DNA of 64,000 nucleotides from Escherichia coli (GTDB lineage Bacteria; Pseudomonadota; Gammaproteobacteria; Enterobacterales; Enterobacteriaceae): NCBI RefSeq assembly GCF_002854065.1, contig NZ_CP024147.1; one strand, 5' to 3'. Shown piece by piece: positions 37,335 to 45,913 of this stretch (position 1 is its first letter; each line of letters starts with the position of its first letter). The notes under the pieces were generated by a model. It saw only the letters and a program-made list of their open reading frames with translations, ran no database searches and was not told where the DNA came from. The position numbers and the translations under genes were made by a program.

Positions 37335-38296
37335 GCGGCGCTCGATTACACACGCTGCTGCCTGAATTAACCACGCGTCAGTCGGTGATGGTCGTCGGCG
37401 CGGCGGTCATTGACGTGATCGCCGACGCTTATGCCCTCCCCTGGCGTGGGTGCGATATCGAACTGAAACAGCAGAGCGTTAACGTTGGCGGCTGCGCACT
37501 GAATATTGCCGTGGCGTTAAAGCGCCTCGGCATCGAAGCGGGTAATGCCTTGCCGCTCGGTCAGGGGGTATGGGCGGAGATTATTCGCAACCGGATGGCG
37601 AAAGAGGGGTTAATCAGCCTGATCGATAACGCCGAAGGCGATAACGGCTGGTGTCTGGCGCTGGTTGAGCCGGATGGCGAACGTACTTTTATGTCATTCA
37701 GCGGTGTGGAAAATCAGTGGAATCGCCAGTGGCTGGCGCGATTAACCGTTGCGCCTGGCAGCCTGCTCTATTTTTCCGGTTATCAACTGGCCTCGCCCTG
37801 CGGCGAATTGTTAGTGGAATGGCTGGAAGAGCTGCAAGACGTGACGCCGTTTATCGATTTTGGCCCACGTATTGGCGATATCCCGGATGCATTACTGGCG
37901 CGGATCATGGCCTGTCGCCCTTTAGTGTCGCTCAATCGTCAAGAGGCTGAGATTGCCGCCGAACGTTTTGCTTTATCCGCAGAGATAACAACACTTGGCA
38001 AGCAATGGCAGGAGAAATTTGCCGCGCCGTTGATCGTTCGTCTCGATAAAGAGGGTGCATGGTATTTCAGCAACGATGCTTCTGGCTGCATTCCGGCATT
38101 TCCAACGCAAGTTGTCGACACCATTGGGGCGGGCGACAGTCATGCAGGTGGCGTACTTGCCGGGCTGGCCTCTGGTCTGCCACTGGCGGATGCCGTATTA
38201 CTGGGCAATGCAGTGGCGTCGTGGGTTGTCGGGCATCGGGGCGGTGATTGTGCGCCAACGCGCGAGGAACTACTCCTCGCACACAAAAACGTATAG
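37331..38296 (+). CDS. yegV: PfkB-family carbohydrate/nucleoside kinase YegV
   Basis: 321-aa ORF with PfkB signature near the C-terminus (DTIGAGDSHAGGVLAGL). Confidence 0.8.
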   Translation: MSGARLHTLLPELTTRQSVMVVGAAVIDVIADAYALPWRGCDIELKQQSVNVGGCALNIAVALKRLGIEAGNALPLGQGVWAEIIRNRMAKEGLISLIDNAEGDNGWCLALVEPDGERTFMSFSGVENQWNRQWLARLTVAPGSLLYFSGYQLASPCGELLVEWLEELQDVTPFIDFGPRIGDIPDALLARIMACRPLVSLNRQEAEIAAERFALSAEITTLGKQWQEKFAAPLIVRLDKEGAWYFSNDASGCIPAFPTQVVDTIGAGDSHAGGVLAGLASGLPLADAVLLGNAVASWVVGHRGGDCAPTREELLLAHKNV

Positions 38297-39016
38297 ATCG
38301 CTGCGACAGTGGCTAATGCTGTACTCAATAGGCCGTTGCTGTTGGTCAAGCGCCACTTGCTTGATCACCAGCACCGGTATTTTGCTATCTAACTGAATAT
38401 GTGACTGAAACTCGGCATCCGGCATCCGGGCGCTAACGCGGGAACGCGTACGTTGTGGGTAAATGTGCTGGCTGCGGAAATAGTCATAAAGTGAAATCCC
38501 GATGGCATCAACATCATGAATTAAATGCGCCGGAACCCACGATTCCTCAATCGATACCGCTTCTTCATCGACATAGCGAATACGCTTAAGCAAAAAGACA
38601 TCACTTCCTGCTTCGACCGCCAGCTGCTGCGCGACTTCTTCGGGACATTTCACGACACGCTTGTTAACCCATAGCGTATCGGGCTTTTTCCCGCGCAATA
38701 CCACCTGCTGAGAAAAACCTCGCGCTTCTTTCAACGAGTATTCGAAGATGTTGTTGATCTGCGTGCCGTAACCGCGCGAACGCGTCACCACGCCCTCTTC
38801 TTCCAGCGCCTGCATCGCCTTGCGCACCGTAATGCGCGAAACGCCGGTTAACTGACTTAAATCACGCTCACCGGGCAAAATATTGCCATGCTCCAGCACC
38901 CCGCTGCGCACGGCATTTTTTACCGTTTCGGCAAACTTAATATAAAGCGGCGTGTTATCCGCCGCTAAAATACGTTCGTTCAGTTGGGCAATCAGCTGGG
39001 TATGCGCTTCTTCCAT
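38270..39016 (-). CDS. yegW: GntR-family (HutC subfamily) transcriptional regulator YegW
   Basis: 248-aa ORF with N-terminal GntR wHTH (LPGERDLSQLTGVSRITVRKAMQAL) and UTRA domain. Confidence 0.8.
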   Translation of the reverse strand: MEEAHTQLIAQLNERILAADNTPLYIKFAETVKNAVRSGVLEHGNILPGERDLSQLTGVSRITVRKAMQALEEEGVVTRSRGYGTQINNIFEYSLKEARGFSQQVVLRGKKPDTLWVNKRVVKCPEEVAQQLAVEAGSDVFLLKRIRYVDEEAVSIEESWVPAHLIHDVDAIGISLYDYFRSQHIYPQRTRSRVSARMPDAEFQSHIQLDSKIPVLVIKQVALDQQQRPIEYSISHCRSDLYVFVCEE

Positions 39017-39067
39017 TTGTCTTTTTCCTGCCAGGAAGTCTGGTGGGAGTATATCACTGCTTCTTAT

Positions 39068-39895
39068 TTAAGGCGTTTCTTTAATCCCATCAACGAATCC
39101 CTGCAACTCCTCCACCGTGCCATTAAACACATTAAAATCCACCGGACCATTGATGCCATCTACCTGTCCACGGTCGGAATGCTGCCAGAAGCGCCAGGCC
39201 ATTCCGTCATTGTCCGGACGACGTTGATAATAGTGAGCCACCCACCACGGATATTCATTAAAATAGCCCGCCAGATTCGTGTGATAAAAAACGGCTCCTG
39301 AGTAAATAATCGGCTTTTTTCCCGTGCGTTTTTCTACCATTTTTAGCCACTGACTTACCCGCTTGCGTAATTCTTTTGCCGATAATTTTCCCCGTTCTTC
39401 TACGTCCAGCACGGCAGGGAAATCGCCTTGTGAGAAATCTACCGTTTGCAGAAATAATCGCGCCTGAACCGGTGCTGCTACCGACGGGGAAAAATAATGA
39501 TACGCCCCGCGCAGCAGGCCATTTTCGCGGCTTAGTTGCCAGTTACGCGAAAAATACGGGTCCACCAGCTTTTCGCCTTCCGTCGCCTTAATAAAAGCAA
39601 ACTGTAAGCGGATACCGTTGTCGCGCATTTTTGCCACCCGCTGCCAGTCGATCCGCTCCTGCCAGCGAGAAACATCTATTCCGTGAATGGTGTAACTGGC
39701 AGGAATGCGAATAGCGAAAGATTTAACCGGGCGATAACCGTAGAAATGGATGTAGTCTGTAATCTGAACTGCTGTCGAATAGAAAAAATTCACCGTCTGA
39801 CGCGGATAAATTGCAACGATGGAAATTAGCCCAAGAGCGCATAATAGAGAGGTGAGTTTTTTTCGACTGGTAATTCTTAGCTGCATTGGTTTCAT
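39068..39895 (-). CDS. yegX: Glycoside hydrolase family 25 (lysozyme-like) protein YegX
   Basis: 275-aa ORF with N-terminal signal/anchor and GH25-like core (GIDVSRWQERIDWQRV...). Confidence 0.75.
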   Translation of the reverse strand: MKPMQLRITSRKKLTSLLCALGLISIVAIYPRQTVNFFYSTAVQITDYIHFYGYRPVKSFAIRIPASYTIHGIDVSRWQERIDWQRVAKMRDNGIRLQFAFIKATEGEKLVDPYFSRNWQLSRENGLLRGAYHYFSPSVAAPVQARLFLQTVDFSQGDFPAVLDVEERGKLSAKELRKRVSQWLKMVEKRTGKKPIIYSGAVFYHTNLAGYFNEYPWWVAHYYQRRPDNDGMAWRFWQHSDRGQVDGINGPVDFNVFNGTVEELQGFVDGIKETP

Positions 39896-39950
39896 CCCTG
39901 AATGTCAGTGCCAAAGGCTGACAATAACCAAAGCAGCTATAGTACGGTGC

Positions 39951-40751
39951 TCACCACCAGGCGTGGAAGTGGTGAACCGGACCAATACCGTGACCAACTT
40001 CCAGCGTGTCGGCCTGGGCTAATGCTGATGAAAGCCAGCTTTTTGCCTCCTGTACGGTGTCAGCCCAGTTTGTATGGCGCGGGCGTAGTGCAGCCAACGC
40101 CGCAGAGAGCGTACAACCAGTGCCGTGGGTGTTTTTGGTCATAATGCGCGGTGCGGTAAACCGTTGTTCACCCTCGCGGGTAAACAGCCAGTCCGGGCTT
40201 TGCTCATCATCCAGATGACCACCTTTCATTAGCACTGCGCCACAGCCCATCGCCAACAGCGATCGCCCTTGTTCCAGCATTTCCTGTTCGGTGCGCGCGT
40301 GTGGCGCGTCGAGCAAGGCGGCAGCTTCGGGCAAGTTTGGCGTTATTAATGAAACCTGTGGCAATAATCGACTGCGCAGCGTAGCAACCGCCGAAGGTGA
40401 AAGCAGCGGGTCGCCGCTTTTTGCCAGCATAACGGTGTCGAGTACCACGTTTTGGATCTGATAACGTTGCAACCGTTCTGCCACCGCTTCAACAATATCG
40501 GTTTCCGCCAACATACCGATTTTAGTGGTGTCGATTCGCACATCGCTGAACACCGAATCGAGCTGGGCGGCGACAAAATCAGGCTCAATGCGATACACTG
40601 ACTGTACGCCACGGGTATTTTGCGCCACCAGTGCAGTAATAACTGAGCAACCATAAGCGCCAAGTGCCGAGAAGGTTTTAAGATCGGCCTGAATCCCCGC
40701 ACCACCACTCGGATCAGTACCGGCAATCGTCAGAGCGTTAATTCGTTTCAT
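39951..40751 (-). CDS. thiD: Hydroxymethylpyrimidine/phosphomethylpyrimidine kinase
   Basis: 266-aa ORF ([31 protein letters not shown]...). Confidence 0.9.
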
Positions 40752-41536
40752 GCCTGCACCTCCTGCGTCAATTGCCAGAGCGCATCAAGGAAATGTGGAA
40801 CAAAACTGCCTGGCCCCTCGCTTCTGGCGACTGCGCGTTCTCCGGCTTGTTTCATCCAGTGACAGGCAGATGCGACATTTTCCAGCGTATCGCCTGGTAA
40901 CGCACAGCAGGCAGCGACAACCGCCGATAATGCACAGCCAGTTCCTACCACTTTGGTCATTAACGGATCGCCACCGTGAATACCAATGATACGATGTCCA
41001 TCGGTAACATAATCCATCTCGCCAGTGACCACGACGATTGCGCCAGTTTCCCGTGCCAGTGTTTGTGCAGCGGGTATCGCGTTAGCTGCGGCGTCAGTGG
41101 TATCCACTCCCCGTCCACCATTAGCAATGCCAGCTAATGCCATGATTTCCGAAGCATTACCACGTATCGCTGCCGGTTTAAAAGATAAAAGTTCATGACA
41201 AAAATGGCGGCGATAATCGAGCGCACCAACCGCTACTGGATCAAGCGTCCAGGGTGTTTGAGAGCTTTTTGCTTGCTCAACGGCAGCACGCATCGCCTGA
41301 GCGCGTGGCTGCGTCAGTGTGCCAACGTTAATCAACAAGGCACTGGCGATAGCCGCAAACTGACTGGCCTCTTCGGTTTCGATAACCATCGCTGGCGATG
41401 CACCGAGCGCCAGCAAGGTATTGGCGGTAAAGGTTTGCACCACATCATTGGTCATGCAGTGCACAAGAGGGGAATGTTGGTGAAAAAGGTGTAACGCGTG
41501 CGCAGATTGCGCTGAACCCAGCAGGTCGACTTGCAT
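40748..41536 (-). CDS. thiM: Hydroxyethylthiazole kinase
   Basis: 262-aa ORF overlapping the thiD start; preceded by a TPP riboswitch. Confidence 0.9.
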
Positions 41537-41539
41537 AGT

Positions 41540-41672
41540 TTGCTCCTGCCATAACGTGAAGAAGCAATGACCTGGTGGTCCGTGACTTCCCTACGCTGGC
41601 ATTATCCAGATCAGGTGATACGGGTATTTCTCAGCCTTCACGCAGAAGGGCACCCCGAGTCGTTTGGTTGCG
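41540..41672 (-). promoter_or_regulatory. TPP (thiamine pyrophosphate) riboswitch, thiM leader
   Basis: Minus-strand sequence ...aaccaaacgactcggggtgcccttctgcgtgaaggctgagaaatacccgtatcacctgatctggataatgccagcgtagggaagtcacggaccaccaggtcattgcttcttcacgttatggcaggagcaaact-ATG matches the thiM THI-box aptamer. Confidence 0.8.
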
Positions 41673-41758
41673 ATGATAAATCGCAGAGGAGGATGGTAAT
41701 GTCCAGCGCACGCGTTGTAAACGAGGAAAAACGGCAGTTTTACAATCGCGTTAATAAA

Positions 41759-42031
41759 TTATTTGATATATGAATCCAGCACCTTCAGAACGACATCCAG
41801 ATCTTCTTCACGTTTTAGCTCATCCCCCTGGTGAACGATGTGTTCCGTCAGATGACCTTTAATCACTTCCCGCATCAGACCGTTTACCGCGCCACGGATA
41901 GCAGCAATCTGTTGTAAAACTGCAGCGCATTCGTGCGGCTCGTCGAGCATTTTCTTGAGCGCCACGACCTGGCCCTGAATCTTACTGGCACGCGCTTTCA
42001 GTTTCTGTTTATCACGGATTGTATGAGACAT
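41759..42031 (-). CDS. rcnR: Ni/Co-responsive transcriptional repressor RcnR (CsoR/RcnR family)
   Basis: 90-aa ORF ([35 protein letters not shown]...), divergent from rcnA. Confidence 0.85.
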
Positions 42032-42079
42032 GGCAACACCTGGTTAACAAGAATATGAAAAATCATAGCACTATTAATC

Positions 42080-42114
42080 TACTGGGGGGTAGTATCAGGT
42101 ACTGGGGGGGAGTA
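42080..42114. promoter_or_regulatory. Tandem RcnR operator sites (TACT-G6/7-N-AGTA) in the rcnR-rcnA intergenic region
   Basis: tactggggggtagta (42080..42094) and tactgggggggagta (42100..42114), the G-tract inverted repeats described for RcnR binding. Confidence 0.7.
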
Positions 42115-42151
42115 GAATCAGATTGCCGAATTAATACTAAGAATTATTATC

Positions 42152-42976
42152 ATGACCGAATTTACAACTCTTCTTCAGCAAGGAAACGCCTGGTTCTTCA
42201 TCCCCAGCGCCATCTTACTTGGTGCGCTTCATGGCCTGGAACCAGGGCACTCAAAAACGATGATGGCGGCGTTTATCATCGCCATCAAAGGCACCATTAA
42301 ACAAGCGGTGATGCTCGGACTGGCAGCAACTATTTCGCATACCGCAGTGGTCTGGTTAATTGCCTTTGGCGGGATGGTGATCAGCAAGCGCTTTACTGCT
42401 CAATCAGCAGAACCGTGGCTCCAGCTGATTTCCGCAGTGATCATTATTAGCACCGCGTTCTGGATGTTCTGGCGTACCTGGCGCGGCGAACGCAACTGGC
42501 TGGAGAATATGCACGGGCATGATTATGAGCATCATCATCACGATCACGAACATCACCACGACCATGGACATCATCACCATCACGAACATGGCGAGTATCA
42601 GGATGCCCATGCACGAGCCCATGCCAATGACATTAAACGACGCTTTGATGGTAGAGAGGTCACCAACTGGCAAATTTTGTTATTTGGCTTAACCGGTGGC
42701 CTTATCCCCTGCCCGGCAGCAATTACCGTGCTGTTGATATGCATTCAGTTGAAAGCCCTGACACTGGGCGCAACACTGGTCGTCAGTTTCAGCATTGGCC
42801 TGGCGTTAACGCCTGTCACCGTAGGCGTTGGCGCAGCAATCAGCGTTCAGCAGGTCGCAAAACGCTGGAGCGGATTTAACACTCTCGCTAAACGCGCCCC
42901 CTATTTTTCCAGTCTGTTGATTGGCTTAGTCGGTGTGTATATGGGCGTACATGGCTTCATGGGCATAATGCGATAA
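42152..42976 (+). CDS. rcnA: Nickel/cobalt efflux transporter RcnA
   Basis: 274-aa membrane ORF with a His-rich loop (HGHDYEHHHHDHEHHHDHGHHHHHEHGE). Confidence 0.9.
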   Translation: MTEFTTLLQQGNAWFFIPSAILLGALHGLEPGHSKTMMAAFIIAIKGTIKQAVMLGLAATISHTAVVWLIAFGGMVISKRFTAQSAEPWLQLISAVIIISTAFWMFWRTWRGERNWLENMHGHDYEHHHHDHEHHHDHGHHHHHEHGEYQDAHARAHANDIKRRFDGREVTNWQILLFGLTGGLIPCPAAITVLLICIQLKALTLGATLVVSFSIGLALTPVTVGVGAAISVQQVAKRWSGFNTLAKRAPYFSSLLIGLVGVYMGVHGFMGIMR

Positions 42977-43194
42977 CTCAATCCTTTAGGCTTGCATGTT
43001 ATCTTCAGCCCAGGATGATTCTTAAATCAGCTATTTCCGCTGACTCTCTGCTCGCTAAGGATGCTTTTAGGGCATCCTTTCATTTACACTTTTTACGAAA
43101 TCATGGGATCACTAACAAAATATCGCTTGTCAGTTATATTGTATGGCAGGAAAGATATGCGACTGATATTACAGATCCCCAAAGTGGAGAGTTT

Positions 43195-43533
43195 ATGACC
43201 ATTAAAAATAAGATGTTGCTGGGTGCGCTTTTGCTGGTTACCAGTGCCGCCTGGGCCGCACCAGCCACCGCGGGTTCGACCAATACCTCGGGAATTTCTA
43301 AGTATGAGTTAAGCAGTTTCATTGCTGACTTTAAGCATTTCAAACCAGGCGATACCGTCCCAGAGATGTACCGCACCGATGAGTACAACATTAAGCAGTG
43401 GCAGTTACGTAACCTGCCCGCGCCTGATGCCGGGACGCACTGGACCTATATGGGTGGCGCGTACGTGTTGATCAGCGACACCGACGGTAAAATCATTAAA
43501 GCCTACGACGGTGAGATTTTTTATCATCGCTAA
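43195..43533 (+). CDS. rcnB: Periplasmic Ni/Co homeostasis protein RcnB (YohN)
   Basis: ORF 43015..43533; start at the Met at 43195 (MTIKNKMLLGALLLVTSAAWA signal peptide) gives 112 aa. Confidence 0.8.
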   Translation: MTIKNKMLLGALLLVTSAAWAAPATAGSTNTSGISKYELSSFIADFKHFKPGDTVPEMYRTDEYNIKQWQLRNLPAPDAGTHWTYMGGAYVLISDTDGKIIKAYDGEIFYHR

Positions 43534-43538
43534 AAAAA

Positions 43539-43560
43539 GCCCCCTCATCATGAGGGGGAA
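43539..43560. terminator. Hairpin downstream of rcnB (A-run / stem / loop)
   Basis: aaaaaaagccccctcatcatgagggggaa: perfect G/C stem flanked by an A-run on the plus strand (T-run on the minus strand). Confidence 0.4.
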
Positions 43561-43614
43561 ATGCAGACACCTTGTTATTTTTTATTATTAGCCACTTGCT
43601 CGTCTTGCTTGTTA

Positions 43615-43763
43615 TTAGTCGTATTTCACGTTGATTAATGCGGTTGCCTCCAGTGCGCCAGATTTAATTTTATTTGTATCGTAGACGTAGTAACTGGCTG
43701 TTATCGGAATTGAAACCGTTGTATCTGTAAGTTTTGACTTTGCCGCAATTTCTTTTAAATTTG
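43615..43763 (-). pseudogene. 3' fragment of a fimbrial-subunit-like gene (possibly yehA), 5'-truncated by IS1
   Basis: Minus-strand frame reads …NLKEIAAKSKLTDTTVSIPITASYYVYDTNKIKSGALEATALINVKYD* straight out of the IS1 end at 43763; fimbrial-like C-terminus with no upstream remainder. Confidence 0.4.
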
Positions 43764-43778
43764 GGTAATGACTCCAAC

Positions 43779-44282
43779 TTATTGATAGTGTTTTATGTTC
43801 AGATAATGCCCGATGACTTTGTCATGCAGCTCCACCGATTTTGAGAACGACAGCGACTTCCGTCCCAGCCGTGCCAGGTGCTGCCTCAGATTCAGGTTAT
43901 GCCGCTCAATTCGCTGCGTATATCGCTTGCTGATTACGTGCAGCTTTCCCTTCAGGCGGGATTCATACAGCGGCCAGCCATCCGTCATCCATATCACCAC
44001 GTCAAAGGGTGACAGCAGGCTCATAAGACGCCCCAGCGTCGCCATAGTGCGTTCACCGAATACGTGCGCAACAACCGTCTTCCGGAGCCTGTCATACGCG
44101 TAAAACAGCCAGCGCTGGCGCGATTTAGCCCCGACGTATCCCCACTGTTCGTCCATTTCCGCGCAGACGATGACGTCACTGCCCGGCTGTATGCGCGAGG
44201 TTACCGACTGCGGCCTGAGTTTTTTAAATGGCGGAAAATCGTGTTGAGGCCAACGCCCATAATGCGGGCGGTTGCCCGGCAT
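43779..44282 (-). CDS. insB: IS1 InsB (transposase C-terminal part, expressed as InsAB' by -1 frameshift)
   Basis: 167-aa ORF matching IS1 InsB (…[21 protein letters not shown]…). Confidence 0.85.
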   Translation of the reverse strand: MPGNRPHYGRWPQHDFPPFKKLRPQSVTSRIQPGSDVIVCAEMDEQWGYVGAKSRQRWLFYAYDRLRKTVVAHVFGERTMATLGRLMSLLSPFDVVIWMTDGWPLYESRLKGKLHVISKRYTQRIERHNLNLRQHLARLGRKSLSFSKSVELHDKVIGHYLNIKHYQ

Positions 44283-44476
44283 CCAACGCCATTCATGGCC
44301 ATATCAATGATTTTCTGGTGCGTACCGGGTTGAGAAGCGGTGTAAGTGAACTGCAGTTGCCATGTTTTACGGCAGTGAGAGCAGAGATAGCGCTGATGTC
44401 CGGCAGTGCTTTTGCCGTTACGCACCACCCCGTCAGTAGCTGAACAGGAGGGACAGCTGATAGAAACAGAAGCCAC
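44201..44476 (-). CDS. insA: IS1 InsA (transposition repressor / N-terminal part of transposase)
   Basis: 91-aa ORF ([40 protein letters not shown]…). Confidence 0.85.
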   Translation of the reverse strand: MASVSISCPSCSATDGVVRNGKSTAGHQRYLCSHCRKTWQLQFTYTASQPGTHQKIIDMAMNGVGCRATARIMGVGLNTIFRHLKNSGRSR

Positions 44477-44672
44477 TGGAGCACCTCAAAAACACCATCA
44501 TACACTAAATCAGTAAGTTGGCAGCATCACCGACTTTGTAGAGTTTCGGACGAAGGTCCGCAGAATATTCGCAGTATTAAATAAGTGTTCATTAATGCGG
44601 CAAAAACTAATACACCGCATCAATGTAACATCTCTGCGGTGTATGAAGAATAACCAGAATGGTTAATAGGCG

Positions 44673-45782
44673 TTAGACCGCGCGGAAGGAAATCTCGCCT
44701 GGAATGACTTCACCCTGCCAGTAGAGCTGAGCTGCAACGCGGTCAGCCAGCTGGCGGTAGATAGCGGTAAATTCGCTCTCCGGACGGCTGATAACCGTTG
44801 GCGTGCCTTTATCGAGATCCTCACGTAAGGAGATGTGTAACGGCATCTGCCCCAGCAGCTGTGTGTGGTATTTTTCAGCCAGTTTCTCTGCACCACCGGT
44901 ACCGAAAATCGGTTCATGGTGACCACAGTTACTGCAAATATGCACACTCATGTTCTCGACAATACCAAGCACCGGAACCTCGACTTTCTCGAACATCACA
45001 ATGCCTTTTTTCGCATCGATCAACGCGATGTCCTGCGGGGTGGTGACCACGACTGCACCAGTTACTGGAATGTTTTGCGCCAGCGTCAATTGAATGTCAC
45101 CGGTGCCTGGCGGCATATCAAGCACCAGATAGTCGAGATCCGGCCACAAGGTTTCCTGCAACATCTGCATTAACGCCTTGCTCGCCATCGGTCCACGCCA
45201 CACCATCGCATTGTCGTCAGTGACCAGATAACCAATTGAATTGGTTGCCAGGCCATGAGACATAATCGGTGCCATATGGGTACCGTCCGGCGAAGTTGGA
45301 CGCTGATTTTCTGCGCCCAGCATGGTGGGAATTGATGGGCCGTAGATATCGGCGTCCAGAATGCCGACTTTCGCCCCTTCCGCCGCCAGTGCCAGCGCCA
45401 GGTTTACCGCCGTGGAGGATTTACCCACGCCGCCTTTACCGGAACTGACCGCAATGATGTTCTTCACACCATTAATACCCGGCTGATTCTTCACGCGTTT
45501 TAAGGTGGCGATATTGTGCGACAGTTTCCAGTCGATAGCTTTCGCCCCGGTGATACGCAGCAGTTCGGCGCTACATTGCTCTTTTAACTCTTCAAACGCG
45601 CTATGCCAGACGAATGGCATAACCAGTTCCACATGCAACGTGTCGTCCATCCAGGCGACATGGTGCAACGCTTTCAGCGTGGTGAGGTTATGCTTCAGGG
45701 TTGGGTGCTGAAAATTGGCCAGTGTCCCGGCGACCATTGCGCGCAAGGCTTCTGGTGATTTGGCCTGGGATTGTTCGTTCAT
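44673..45782 (-). CDS. mrp: Fe-S cluster carrier ATPase Mrp/ApbC
   Basis: ORF 44673..45812; probable start at the Met at 45782 (MNEQSQAKSPE…); P-loop NTPase of the Mrp/NBP35 family (GKGGVGKSSTAVNLA). Confidence 0.85.
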   Translation of the reverse strand: MNEQSQAKSPEALRAMVAGTLANFQHPTLKHNLTTLKALHHVAWMDDTLHVELVMPFVWHSAFEELKEQCSAELLRITGAKAIDWKLSHNIATLKRVKNQPGINGVKNIIAVSSGKGGVGKSSTAVNLALALAAEGAKVGILDADIYGPSIPTMLGAENQRPTSPDGTHMAPIMSHGLATNSIGYLVTDDNAMVWRGPMASKALMQMLQETLWPDLDYLVLDMPPGTGDIQLTLAQNIPVTGAVVVTTPQDIALIDAKKGIVMFEKVEVPVLGIVENMSVHICSNCGHHEPIFGTGGAEKLAEKYHTQLLGQMPLHISLREDLDKGTPTVISRPESEFTAIYRQLADRVAAQLYWQGEVIPGEISFRAV

Positions 45783-45913
45783 CCCGACTCCTTTTTTGTA
45801 TAGATAAACCATCAGCTGATAGTTTACCTGAAGAATATAGAGAAGTACTTACTTAACATTTTCCCATTTGGTACTATCTAACCCCTTTTCACTATTAAGA
45901 AGTAATGCCTACT

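Larger units (their letters stand above)
43764..44531 (-). mobile_element. IS1 insertion sequence, copy A (768 bp)
   Basis: Ends ggtaatgactccaactta... and ...cagtaagttggcagcatcacc; encodes InsA and InsB with the A6C frameshift motif; flanking 9-mers differ (no target-site duplication). Confidence 0.9.

Noticed and set aside
41567-41773. 68-aa plus-strand ORF in the thiM-rcnR intergenic region
   Set aside because: Overlaps the TPP riboswitch on the opposite strand; no supporting translation signals.
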